NCBI GenBank assembly: GCA_040285745.1
Contig: JAUFOR010000002.1
Span: forward strand, 1,178,001-1,242,000
DNA: 64,000 nucleotides
Source of the DNA: Barthelona sp. PCE
Taxonomy: Eukaryota
Reading direction: 5' to 3'
This document shows, piece after piece, positions 1 through 10,881 of this stretch. The notes beneath the pieces are model-generated. The model made no database searches. It had not been told where the DNA came from and saw only the letters and a program-made list of their open reading frames with translations. The position numbers and the translations under genes are program-made. How positions within the stretch are numbered: position 1 is the first letter of the stretch; the number at the start of each line of letters is the position of its first letter.

Positions 1-203
1 CTTAAAAATAGTAAAAAATAACAAATGTTAATGAGTGAGAAAATCGAAACGATGATTTTTTTCATTAAGTAAAGTTTGCTGTATATTTACAGGTTCTAAA
101 ATTATAACTTAAACATTTTGGTAACTATAGAATTCGTCATTTTCAATAAACTACAGCAAATACCTAATTTTTATACTCATGAATATTGAATAATCGCTTG
201 TTT

Positions 204-2113
204 CTAATAGGAACCCATCTGAGTTGGTAATTTAATATGCGAGAATCCACCATGCACATCAAAATTAACGTTTTGAATAACATCTAACATATTAATCCTT
301 TTCTGAGTAATCTCATATTTGCAAAAGTCTTCATCGAAGTACATTGAATCCACAACCATTTCGTACTGAGTAAGGTGATTGTGAATACGCAGAATCTCAC
401 GGGGTCTTCCAGCGGTGAACCAGCAATTACTACTTTCAGCAACATTCCATTGCAAATCGCTTAAAAGCTTAACAACTTTGCCATCGATGAATCTAAACAG
501 TTTGTCACCGATTATAAAACAACCATCATCTATAAATCTTGCCTTTAATTTAAAACTACGGTTGTGAACATTAATTCGAAACAAATTCATTTCATCTTCT
601 GAAACATTACAGAAAAAGCACTCAGTTGATGGATACCCAACCATAATAACTCCTTGCGTCAGACGGAAACAATTTATATGAACGAGTGGGAAAGTATCAT
701 ACCCAAAATACCGATTATGTTCCCATTCATCACCAAGAAAAAAAAATTTTATGAAATTGGAACCACATATCCATAGGTAATCTCCATATAGGCTCATTTT
801 ATATGAAAAACTATATGAACCATTCATATAATCTGCTTCATGAACTAATTCATCATTAATGTATGCATTCTCATTCAAGCCACAACAAGCAATATAGTTT
901 GCATTTGATGTGATATGACCTGCATTGAGTGTTTGTTTTGATATGATGCTCAAAGGAACATTATTACAAAAAGTCTCACAACTATTTTCACCATCAATTG
1001 TTGTGTAGCTGATTATATTCTCATCAGTCATGTTAACCGCATGTAATATCTTTTCGTGCTGAGAATCTCCAACATGAAATAAATGAATTACGTCATCTAT
1101 GTCATGTAGATTGCAAATCATAATACTGCGAAATGACCGGAAATAAGGAAGTTTAAAAAGACTCTCCTGGAATGGAAAGCATTTTGCATTAGATGGTAAA
1201 GCAAACAAAACATCAGTTGCATCAAAAATACTGAACTCAAAAAAACTCCCATTAGTGTATATGTACAATTTACCATTAACATGCAATATGTGAATAATAT
1301 CAATTCCAGACACCTCATACCACACATCACCGTTCTCTTGATCAATACCTATACATTCTCCGAAAGCATCTACGAAGTACCGTCTACTACCTAATAAAAA
1401 AGTATCTGTGAACTTGCCACACTTTAATTCCCGATGATTTGGAACAATAATTGAAATGTTCTCGTGTGAAATTGATGAATCTTTAACTGAAATAGAATAA
1501 TTATTACCATCAATTGAAAAATGTCGTTGATGAGAATTAAAATCCAATACATTCATATTATCTTTAATAAAACCTTCAGGAACGTTCAATAACGGTTCAA
1601 ATTCAATTTCTCCATCATTATTCAACAATAGAACCTGACGATGATTATTTCTACTGTCAAAAAAAAAAACGTTTGAGTTAATATATATTCACAATTGAAA
1701 TTTTCAAATGTTTGAACTTGTTCAGTCTTTAGGCAGTATACTATAAATGGAAATATTGGTACAATTATATATAAATCTGAAACAAAATCAAGAGAATCTG
1801 AAACAGTAAACTTTTTTTGAGTGAACCGATGTTTTTTAACCAAAACCATACTGTCTTCACGCATTTCATAGTACTCAAACACAGGTATATCACTTACTTC
1901 TTCAAAAATAACGAAAAGATTATCTCTGTATGCACACCTCTTCATTATTACATTTTCTCGATCCAAGAGGAATGGTATTTCGGTTTTGTGGTCAAGAGAA
2001 ACATAAAAATGCTTTAAATCCCTTTGAGTAGTGGAAAGAAAAAGAGCGTTGCTTGCTGAGCAACAAATAGGATTGTTTGACCCTGAAGTTAAGATTGAAG
2101 ATTGCCTCGGCAT
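204..2113 (-). CDS. Hypothetical protein (~637 aa, beta-rich, possibly a divergent propeller), split by a frameshift at a T11 run
   Basis: ORFs 1622-2113 and 204-1628 join in frame (TQTFFFF-DSRNNHRQVLLLNNDGE) if the 11-nt homopolymer at 1659-1669 is 12 nt. No family recognised. Confidence 0.7.
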
Positions 2114-2215
2114 GTGTTTTCAGTCACATGTCAATCAAATGAAAGGGAGAAAATATTTCACATAGACATTAATTGTGCATAAGCTACATATTTACATTGC
2201 TGTACAGATTTTTCA

Positions 2216-2659
2216 CTAAAAAGCTGCACGGTCTTGCTTTTTAATAGGATTAACAATAGAGCCCAGACCTTTAGAAGCGCCAACAAACACTCTTTCGATA
2301 ACATCAATCATATCTTGTTCGTTATCAATGACAAAGTCAATCTTATTCCGATCTCCTTCTTCAGAATCAATCAAAATATGTCTTCCTTCAAAGAAGAACA
2401 TTAGATTATGTGGACTATTGAATTCATACATTAGATTAAAGTCAGAGTTATTAGATATGTCAAAATAACCAATGGCAGCAAATCTACATACTTCTTCACT
2501 GATATTATTGATTATTTCTAGAATTATGTTTGCATCAAAATCGCTAGAGTCTGCAAATAACATCACTACTACTCGCTCCTTTACGTGTTTGATCATGGCA
2601 TCAACGTGGTATGCACAGTCGAGTTCAACAACGTGATTAATATCGTAGTTCACGTCCAT
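2216..2659 (-). CDS. DIM1: U5 snRNP thioredoxin-like protein Dim1/TXNL4A
   Basis: Motifs ERVVV, FNLMYE, MFFFEGRHILID, NKIDF, DMIDVIERVFVGASKGLG match Dim1; length 147 aa. Confidence 0.9.
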   Translation of the reverse strand: MDVNYDINHVVELDCAYHVDAMIKHVKERVVVMLFADSSDFDANIILEIINNISEEVCRFAAIGYFDISNNSDFNLMYEFNSPHNLMFFFEGRHILIDSEEGDRNKIDFVIDNEQDMIDVIERVFVGASKGLGSIVNPIKKQDRAAF

Positions 2660-2804
2660 GCGTTTAAATTTTGCCCTGTATTAAGATATTCTATGTACAG
2701 CAGCGCTAAAAAGACGCTTTGAGAAGGTTGAAAAAGGTTAGAAAACGACAATTGCTGTTACATTTTTCACCTTTTGCAGAAATTTTAAAATCGGGATCTT
2801 GTTG

Positions 2805-3814
2805 ATGCGTAACATTCATGTCAGAAGGAAACGACTCCCTCCTGATGAAAAAATATTAGAGATTATTACTCCTTTACTTGAAAAGACTGAAAATGATGCT
2901 CTGCGAAAAACATTCAGGGATGTTTATCCCCCAACACGGCATAGTGTGCTTAATTTCTTAACTGTTGAAGATAATGAGCCTCATAATTATCGAACTATAG
3001 AGACTCGAAATTTGGAGGTTTACCCTTCATGTGTGAACGTTTCAGTGAGTATCCACACAATAGCTCAGAACCGCTTGCTTTAATCGTGCAGTTAGTTCCA
3101 GCTCAACTTCCAGCTCAATTTCAAAAGTTCTTTAGCAGCAAAATTGGCATGATTCAAATATTTTGGGATCCAACACATGTGCCAGAATGCTGTTCTAGAT
3201 ACGAATATGGGGGATCAGTGAACAATTTTGATGGTATTGAAGTTAGGGTGTTAACGAACAGTGATCTTTTGCAACCCATAGAGATAGTGTTTCCCACCAA
3301 TAGCGAGTATAAACAGTTTGTTTCCCCAAAGAAACTGTCAGAATTCATCATTCACGAACAGTATATTGACAGTAATTGGTATCTTACCAGTATTTGCAGT
3401 TGCGAGGATTTACCCAACTGTGATTATTGTATCATGGTTCCAGGCGTCGAGGATTATGACATCATAATTGGAAAGAAGTTGAAAGAAAATATTTCTTATG
3501 ATTTTGATTCAGATTCAGATCAATCATTTCTTGCTTCTGAAAATGGTTCAAGAATGTTTTCAGCTTGTGGTTCATGGGAAGACACTCCACTGTCATTGAT
3601 GGATAGTGATTACATCGCTACAACCAGCGAAATGCTTTCCAATCCATTTTTCTTCACGCTCTGCAACGATTCACCAGTATTTCCTTTTGGTAATTTGGAG
3701 GGAAGTCTTGGGGTTAACTTCAGAATATGTTTTGATAGACTCAATGAAATTGTTGAAGAAGAATATACAGTAGAGGATGTTCAAAGTGTAGTGAGAGTGG
3801 GTTTGACAATGTAA
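2805..3814 (+). CDS. YwqG/DUF1963-family protein, frameshifted near 2987-3010
   Basis: The second frame reads SKFGGLPF...YP...PLALIVQL...LP...GMIQIFWD, the YwqG/DUF1963 N-terminal pattern, which begins upstream of the ORF's ATG at 3029. The upstream ORF 2805-3083 overlaps it. Confidence 0.6.
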
Positions 3815-3956
3815 GTATGGATTCTTTCTTTTTTTTCCGTAAACAAATCCAGATAAATGTGCTCTTCAAGCACGTAAAGGATATTGTATTCCCTAAAAAT
3901 AAGTAAATTGTTTGTTTTCTTATTTCTTCCCTTTTGACACAATAATCAACGTATAA

Positions 3957-4511
3957 ATGTTGTTTAGATTTTTGTATTTGGTGTGTTTATACATGCTACT
4001 ATTCTTCCTTATAGCGTCAGTAGTAGCGGGATGCTTTTATATTTCTAATATGGCTTCGGATAATCATAGAATGTTTAAGAAGATCATTAAATACACCATC
4101 TTTGGGCTTTGGGGACTTCAAGCACTCTTTTTCATTGAAAAATTTCCATTCTTCAATGTTGTGCTGAGTTGCTGTAGTTATTATCTTTTTTGGAAGATGA
4201 ATGAGTCACACCCATATGTTCGTTTCGGCACAGGTCTGATAGAGTTTAATATGGTGCTCGTTCTATTCACTTGGTATCGCTGGTGGACTTTTCTTCGCAT
4301 TGAGTTTTATAGTACGCTTTTGGAGACGTTAAGTATTTGTTTTGTTGTTGTATTCCTGCTACCGATACTTTTCCTAGTATCTACACATACTAGCAGATCA
4401 TTATTACCTGAATATGAGGATAAAAAATCAGCTCCAGCATTTGCTCAATTTTTGAAGAAGGTCTCCTCAAAATTCTCAAAGAAACGGGATATTCCCACTC
4501 TAGGTCTGTGA
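3957..4511 (+). CDS. TEX261/Svp26 (Erv26) family ER-Golgi membrane adaptor
   Basis: Several TM helices; pattern GCFYIS...KKIIKY...FP...WW.F...LLPILFLVS...LP. Confidence 0.7.
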   Translation: MLFRFLYLVCLYMLLFFLIASVVAGCFYISNMASDNHRMFKKIIKYTIFGLWGLQALFFIEKFPFFNVVLSCCSYYLFWKMNESHPYVRFGTGLIEFNMVLVLFTWYRWWTFLRIEFYSTLLETLSICFVVVFLLPILFLVSTHTSRSLLPEYEDKKSAPAFAQFLKKVSSKFSKKRDIPTLGL

Positions 4512-4608
4512 GGTAATAAGTTAAATATGTTGTTACACTTGTTATTAAAAGATGATCTGGTAGATTTACTATTTATATTGAAAGTATTAAAGAAGTAAAA
4601 AATTGGCC

Positions 4609-5811
4609 TTACCAATCATTTGCGCTGATTGTTTGCTTAGATTCTTCCCTTTTTTCAAAGGTTGTATGTGACAAGTCTTCTAGATCATTCTCTATAATGA
4701 TATCCAAGACTGACTTACTTAAAATGCTTTCAAAGGGCAGTTCTTGAGATTTATAATCATCAATCATCCTATGCAAATTGCTGATGTTGTACATCAAAGC
4801 TTGACCTCCACCGTTGAGACATCCATGAGGGCATGCACTGGCCTCAATAACCTTTAAACCTTTGAGCTGATTTGAATCTAGAGCTAGTAGTGCGTTAATG
4901 AGAGCTTGGAAACCGTATGCTTTAACAACACATGCTTCACCATCACGCTTAACAGAGAAATCATCTGACTTGCTTGTCTCAGACCATTCTACAGTTGCAT
5001 CTCCTTCTAAATACTGATAGACCAAATCAGAAAAACCACCACTGTTACCATATGCTACGTTCCACTCCTCAGTCATGTCACTCACATCATTCTCCCTAAC
5101 GTATTCTCTTATTGGCATTTTCTGGGTTTTATCAATCAAACTGATGAGCTCTGTAGTTGTGAGAACCATATCTACCATATTTTTTCCTTGTCTTCTCAGC
5201 TCAGGTCGAATTGCCTCCAGCTTTCTGTCATGGCAACACTGGATGGAGACGTGGTATGCATTGCTGTTGTTCTTCTTTGAGAGAATTCCTGCGATGATTA
5301 ACGGTGATACTTGTGGCACAAGAAGATCAAGTGTTCCTGGATGGAATTTTTCTACGTAACAGACCCAACCGGGGCAGTATGAGCTAATGAGAGGCTTGCC
5401 TGGCTCATATACTTTATCATAATGCATTAAAAATAATCTTTGAGAAATTAGTTGCTCTGTAGAAAGATCTGAAAAGCTGACGTCTTGATGTAGAGTCTGG
5501 AATAACTTCACAATGTGAAGGTATGCGTCACGGGGTTCCATCGCTAGATGTGTAGCAATACTGAAAACAGATTGAGGGCTGATGGAAACAAAGAGTTTTT
5601 CTTCTTCTTTCATCTTTTCAATCAATATATCGCTTGATTGAGTCTCCAAAAGAATGGATTCTGCTGATGTGATGCACCCTGAGCACGCCAGACAGTCATC
5701 TACCGTTATTCTAATGGACTTACCCGTTTTTGATTGTGTTAATTCAACATCACATTGCTCTACAACGGTGTGCAGGTCCGAAATATCCCCCAAACGTATC
5801 CCAAACGACAT
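4609..5811 (-). CDS. NAR1: Cytosolic Fe-S assembly factor Nar1/NARFL (hydrogenase-like)
   Basis: DCLACSGCITSAESIL, SYCPGWVCYVEK, CHDRKLEA, SACPHGCLNGGGQ and a C-terminal W. Confidence 0.95.
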   Translation of the reverse strand: MSFGIRLGDISDLHTVVEQCDVELTQSKTGKSIRITVDDCLACSGCITSAESILLETQSSDILIEKMKEEEKLFVSISPQSVFSIATHLAMEPRDAYLHIVKLFQTLHQDVSFSDLSTEQLISQRLFLMHYDKVYEPGKPLISSYCPGWVCYVEKFHPGTLDLLVPQVSPLIIAGILSKKNNSNAYHVSIQCCHDRKLEAIRPELRRQGKNMVDMVLTTTELISLIDKTQKMPIREYVRENDVSDMTEEWNVAYGNSGGFSDLVYQYLEGDATVEWSETSKSDDFSVKRDGEACVVKAYGFQALINALLALDSNQLKGLKVIEASACPHGCLNGGGQALMYNISNLHRMIDDYKSQELPFESILSKSVLDIIIENDLEDLSHTTFEKREESKQTISANDW

Positions 5812-6223
5812 TGATGATGTTTTAGTGGATAAAATAAAAAAATAAAAGAAAGAAAGGAGGAGAAATTGAAGAAGTAAAGAACTTTTCGTGTTGTGACATC
5901 ACTGTCTTTTTATCAAGTTTGGGGAAAAACTAGCCAGACACGTAGCTGATTATTGTGCTAAAGAAAAACTATTATGGCTTAAATGGATTAGGATCATCCT
6001 TAATTAATTTCCTTTGAAATTTTGGGCTAAGAGCTATTTCAACAGAGTACATATGTTGGTGGAGTTTGTTCAAAAACATTCAACCTGCATAATGTGTTTC
6101 TCTACCAGATAATTTATTTTCCTGCTTTTAACAGGATAAGGCGAATTTAAATGGGCAAAATGTTCCTTAGTTCAGATAAAAACACTATAACTGTCTGATA
6201 CACAAATTATTACCTCATTCACA

Positions 6224-6889
6224 ATGTTCATTCCTTTAGAAGCCAACCCAGAAGTGTTCACAGAGTTCATTTCATCCCTAGGTGCCGGAACAACTTTTGT
6301 TTTTGAAGATATGTGGGCCCTTGACGACGAATTACTTCCAATGATGAATCCTACAGCTGCTAAGGCTGTAATCTTTTTATATGACATCAACGAAAAGCAA
6401 CTGGTGCATGAGCGTGATAACTTTCAGTTTAGTAATTCCAGCGAGGCAATTTTTGTTAAGCAATATATTGGCAATGCTTGTGGTACAATCGCACTACTTC
6501 ACAGCATAATTAATCAGACTGATGTGGAGTTCGAGGAGGGATCTCTGCTCCATAACCTCAAAGCTTCCTTTGTTGAAGGTAAAACAGCAGAAGAATTGGG
6601 GCACATGTTAGAAGTTGATGATGATCTTGAAGAACAGCATCAGTTGGCAGGTGCTTCAGGTCAGACTGAGGTCCCTGATGATCTGAACGTTAGCCTTCAC
6701 TTCATTGCTTTTGTGAAGGTTGGTGATCAGCTATTACATTTCGATGGGCGTAAAGAAAATCCTGTTTTACATGGAACTACAACAGAAGATCGTTTTCTGT
6801 ACGACGCAGCTGCTGCCATGAAGGGCATGATGGCTGTAGATCCTGAAAATCCTAATTTTAGCATCATTATGATGAAGAAGCGTGAATAA
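6224..6889 (+). CDS. Ubiquitin C-terminal hydrolase (UCH-L3-like, peptidase C12)
   Basis: PLEANPEVF, KQYIGNACGTIALLH, LHFIAFV, FDGRK. Confidence 0.95.
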   Translation: MFIPLEANPEVFTEFISSLGAGTTFVFEDMWALDDELLPMMNPTAAKAVIFLYDINEKQLVHERDNFQFSNSSEAIFVKQYIGNACGTIALLHSIINQTDVEFEEGSLLHNLKASFVEGKTAEELGHMLEVDDDLEEQHQLAGASGQTEVPDDLNVSLHFIAFVKVGDQLLHFDGRKENPVLHGTTTEDRFLYDAAAAMKGMMAVDPENPNFSIIMMKKRE

Positions 6890-6961
6890 ATTTGCTATTG
6901 TATTTGTGTACCTTTACATATTTTTGTGATTTTTAACATCACGCAGGGACTTTAAAAAACA

Positions 6962-7516
6962 ATGGATAGTACAGAATTAGTCAGAATTGTTAAATTGGAG
7001 GAGTTACAGGCAATACAGCCCGATACTGCTATTGTACTTACAAAAGAAGAGCAGGAGGCAGTTGATATGGCCAGAGATTTCTTTTTAATCAAAGAAAAGG
7101 ACTCAGATAAAACCATAGTTATGAAACATGAAAACTCGACAGTTCGTCTTAAAAGGACAATAATTGATCCTTTAGAGCAAAGCAAACACCGTTTGGACCA
7201 TAGAGGAACTGACTTAGCTGATGTTATTGAGAAACAACCTATTTTACAATCGAAGCGCTACGATAGTGGTCATTATGACAAGAAACTATGGAATATAAAG
7301 GGAGCAGTGTCAAAATATAAAGGTTCAAAGGGAAAGTACATAGATTTTTCCAAGGCAAAGGTCAGGAAAGATGTATCTTCTGTTAGTGACAGATTTAACG
7401 CATTCTCAAAGGCGTTAGACGATGTTGAGAGCACTGCTAAACAGGAAACAAATGAAAATAACAACCTGCGAATTTTGGAGCGGAAAAGAACTGCTGCAGA
7501 TCTTTTGGGAGAGTGA
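6962..7516 (+). CDS. Hypothetical protein (184 aa, charged)
   Basis: ATG-started ORF that fills the space between neighbouring genes; no confident family. Confidence 0.6.
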   Translation: MDSTELVRIVKLEELQAIQPDTAIVLTKEEQEAVDMARDFFLIKEKDSDKTIVMKHENSTVRLKRTIIDPLEQSKHRLDHRGTDLADVIEKQPILQSKRYDSGHYDKKLWNIKGAVSKYKGSKGKYIDFSKAKVRKDVSSVSDRFNAFSKALDDVESTAKQETNENNNLRILERKRTAADLLGE

Positions 7517-7733
7517 TTTATTGGTTTATATGATGTATTTATAAGCGTACAGCAACTTGCAATATATATCTATGATTGATGAATTATATTTAAATGAAAA
7601 GTTTTATTTAATTTTCTAATAGTAATTTAGAACCACACATGCACAAGAAATTATAGTTTAAGTAGCATAATTCAACGTAAACAATTGTAAAACAGGTTTA
7701 ACTTTTAATATTCTTTTTCACTGCATTTTTTTT

Positions 7734-8804
7734 ATGCCAGATCCTATAGAATCCATTGTTTCCATCTTTGAGGATAGGCAGCCACTTATTCTTGCACCAA
7801 TGGTTCGATATTGTAACATTCCATGTCGTTTAATCTATCAACGTTGGGGTGCAGACATTACATTCACAGAAGCGATTGTAGCACAAAAAATTATACGGTC
7901 TACAATGCTTTATAATATAGATACATCAAGCTACTCCCTTTTTGATAAGAAAGGTACCAAATATCTAACAAAAAGCGCAGAGGAACGGGCAGTTGTGCTT
8001 CAAATGAGTGTATCCGACCCCTTACTAGCGGTTGAAGCATATCAAAAGGTCCAAGTAATGTTTGAAAACGTGGATATTAATTGTGGCTGTCCTGCTGCAT
8101 TTTCCACCCATTCAGGGGGCGGGGGGTGTCTCATGGACAACGTTGAAGCCATCGAGGCCATCGTTCTTGCTCTCAGACCCCATGTTAAAGGATCACTTTC
8201 ATGCAAGATTCGTGTGTTGCCGGATCCAGAGAAAATGAGGGAATTCACAGAACGCATTTGTAGTACAGGGATTGATTTCCTTTCTGTACACGCTCGTTTT
8301 CCTGGTGACCCGCGTTCCACACCAGTGGAGTTGGATTTATTCAAGGTTTGCCTTGAGGTTGCTCGACTGAGTGGTGTGCCCTGTGTGTACAACGGCAGCA
8401 TAACCGATGTGGAGTCGTTCAACAGTATAAAAGAAACTGTGGAAGCTGACGGGTACATGATTGCAAGAGGAGCTATGTATGACATGGCTGTATTCCATAA
8501 GATCAAGCACCAAGGCAACAATGACAAGGTTCCCACACTGTGTGATCTGTTCAAGATGCACTATGACTCAACAGTTCGGTTTGGAAATCACACAAAGAAT
8601 CTGAAGCGTGTTGTGCAATCTTCAGTATCGAAATCTTTCCGAAAAACGCAATTAATGAGCGAAGTCAACGCCATGAAGACTTTGGAAGACTTTAGTAATC
8701 TTATTTGGACACTTTACAACCAACATGGTTTGGGTAGTAATTATTATTCAGAAATGGAGTTACAACCTGTCATTGAAGAAGAGCAGCAACAAACTGAGCA
8801 GTGA
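7734..8804 (+). CDS. tRNA-dihydrouridine synthase (DUS2-like)
   Basis: ILAPMVR, DINCGCP, SCKIR, SVHAR, YNG, MIARGA. Confidence 0.92.
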   Translation: MPDPIESIVSIFEDRQPLILAPMVRYCNIPCRLIYQRWGADITFTEAIVAQKIIRSTMLYNIDTSSYSLFDKKGTKYLTKSAEERAVVLQMSVSDPLLAVEAYQKVQVMFENVDINCGCPAAFSTHSGGGGCLMDNVEAIEAIVLALRPHVKGSLSCKIRVLPDPEKMREFTERICSTGIDFLSVHARFPGDPRSTPVELDLFKVCLEVARLSGVPCVYNGSITDVESFNSIKETVEADGYMIARGAMYDMAVFHKIKHQGNNDKVPTLCDLFKMHYDSTVRFGNHTKNLKRVVQSSVSKSFRKTQLMSEVNAMKTLEDFSNLIWTLYNQHGLGSNYYSEMELQPVIEEEQQQTEQ

Positions 8805-10506
8805 AGCGGCCTACAAACATCTGCTTTGCGCCAAGATCACGGCAATGACCTTCTTTTATAACTTCTCCTTCATTGCGATCGAAGATTTTATAACGATTGT
8901 CGCGTGAGAACCCAACTACATATCGTCCACACGGTGTGCACTGGACACAAACGGTGTGGTTTTCAAACGTACACAGAGTATTGCGATTTTCTGTTTCTAT
9001 TTCCCACTCAATGATTGAGTCTCCTGTAGTTGTGAATGCAAAACCTTCAATGAGTCGAGAATTAGTGGACATATCAGGATGCACCAATTGTTTAACGGCA
9101 GTGCACGTTTCAAGATCCCAAACAACAAACTGTTTGTTTGAGTGCGTGGTTATGATTCTGTTGTTCGCTTCATCGACAGAAATACTCATTACACGGCTTT
9201 TAGTGCGTCTAGTGAGCTCGAAAACGGTCTCTTCGGTCGCAATGTCAACCTTAACAATAGTGCCGTTTAGCAGACCAACATACACATAATCAGCGCAGTT
9301 TGGAACCACGTGCGTGAAGCTAATGTGCTTTTCCATTTCGATTCTGGCAACTTCAACAGCTCTCGTGGTGTATACTATAAGGTAGTTATTCACACCGGTG
9401 GTAATGATTTCATCATTTGCAGAAAGTTTATACACAGCAGATTTTTTTGGTCTGAAGCGGTAGTTATTGTTGTTTGGTACATCTAAGATGTTAATCACAC
9501 CATTGCCCATGCCATGAACAACTGTGTTTCCGGTCGCAGAGACAGCAGCGGAGAAAATTTGCTTACTCCCTATCTTCTGCTTCTTGATGAAATTGCCTTG
9601 TGGGTTATAAAGAGATATTTTGGCACCGGAATGACCGTATGCCAGGTTTCCATTGGGAGATACGCAGAAGCTTCGTACAAAAGGAACACGAAATTCATCG
9701 ATTGTTTCACCAGCCATATCATATATGAATGTGTGCCCAGTGTATGCGACACAATACACTTTTGCACTGCGAACAAAGACATGGTCAAGTTCACATGTGT
9801 GAGTTATCGTATTATAGCAGTTGTATGTATTAAGATTCCAGAAGCGAGCAGTTCTATCGCGAGAAACAGATATAAGTTTGTCTGAAACAATATGAACGCT
9901 CTCAACCGTACCATCGTGACCATTGAGAGTGTGCACAAATTCACCAGTGGTCTGATCCCAAATGCGAATTGTGCAATCTTTAGAACAACTTGCAATATAT
10001 CTTCCATTGCCACCCGCGGCAATACCATAGATTGGACCTACGTGTCCCTCAAGGACCGCTAAACAGTTGCCATCCAGGTCCCATATGCGAACATCATTAT
10101 CTTCAGAACCTGAAATAACACGTCGACCGTCATGCGAGAAGCATACTGAAGTAACTGTATTTTTATGCCCAACGCATTCAGCATATGATTCCTCTGCTCG
10201 ATTCCAGATGCGTACAGTTGCGTCGTTAGCACCAGATGCCACAATTTCCTTTCTAAAAGCTGCAACAGCACGCACGTGACTGGAGTGACGATGTAGTAAG
10301 AGTAGATTTCGGTTATTGGGGTTCCACATGATAACACTTCCATCCCAGGCACCAAAAAAGACCTCGTTAGAGTCAGGAGAGAAGGTTATTGCTTGATTAA
10401 ACTTTCGATCACCATGCTTTTCATATCTGTAGAAAAACATGTTAGAATCAAGGAGAACATCTCCTTGGGGAAGATCACATGGGATATTGGGGAGGTTTTC
10501 AGCCAT
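8770..10506 (-). CDS. WD40 repeat protein (probably two propellers)
   Basis: Multiple GH...WD/WN repeats, e.g. GHKNTVTSVCFS...SGSEDNDVRIWD. Confidence 0.9.
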   Translation of the reverse strand: MAENLPNIPCDLPQGDVLLDSNMFFYRYEKHGDRKFNQAITFSPDSNEVFFGAWDGSVIMWNPNNRNLLLLHRHSSHVRAVAAFRKEIVASGANDATVRIWNRAEESYAECVGHKNTVTSVCFSHDGRRVISGSEDNDVRIWDLDGNCLAVLEGHVGPIYGIAAGGNGRYIASCSKDCTIRIWDQTTGEFVHTLNGHDGTVESVHIVSDKLISVSRDRTARFWNLNTYNCYNTITHTCELDHVFVRSAKVYCVAYTGHTFIYDMAGETIDEFRVPFVRSFCVSPNGNLAYGHSGAKISLYNPQGNFIKKQKIGSKQIFSAAVSATGNTVVHGMGNGVINILDVPNNNNYRFRPKKSAVYKLSANDEIITTGVNNYLIVYTTRAVEVARIEMEKHISFTHVVPNCADYVYVGLLNGTIVKVDIATEETVFELTRRTKSRVMSISVDEANNRIITTHSNKQFVVWDLETCTAVKQLVHPDMSTNSRLIEGFAFTTTGDSIIEWEIETENRNTLCTFENHTVCVQCTPCGRYVVGFSRDNRYKIFDRNEGEVIKEGHCRDLGAKQMFVGRFTAQFVAALLQ

Positions 10507-10881
10507 TCAAGTATCGTATTATATTATTGAATAAAGGTTAGAAATTTTTTTTCAAGCTGACCCAATTATCATCTTGTTCGTACTCATCTTTTAAGTGGAT
10601 AATGTTACTATTTAAACACATTTGAGGAATTCAAATTGTCAAATAGTGCATTTGAGCGATGGTTTATGAGAAATAATTGTAATGGCAATTTGTGTGGTTA
10701 TGAGCTGGTGATTCAATCTATTAGCACACTACCACACCAAAAAAGTTTAGTAAGGTTGTGTTTTGATCGTAAAACTGGTTGAGAAAATCTAACCTCATTC
10801 TCATACTATACTGTTTTTAAAGCTGATCACCAAGCAAACCATCTATTCCTGATCAATTTATCAAACAGAAAGCTTTTCAAT

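Noticed and set aside
4609-5811. [FeFe]-hydrogenase
   Set aside because: The N-terminal CLACSGCITSAE and C-terminal Trp identify Nar1/NARFL.
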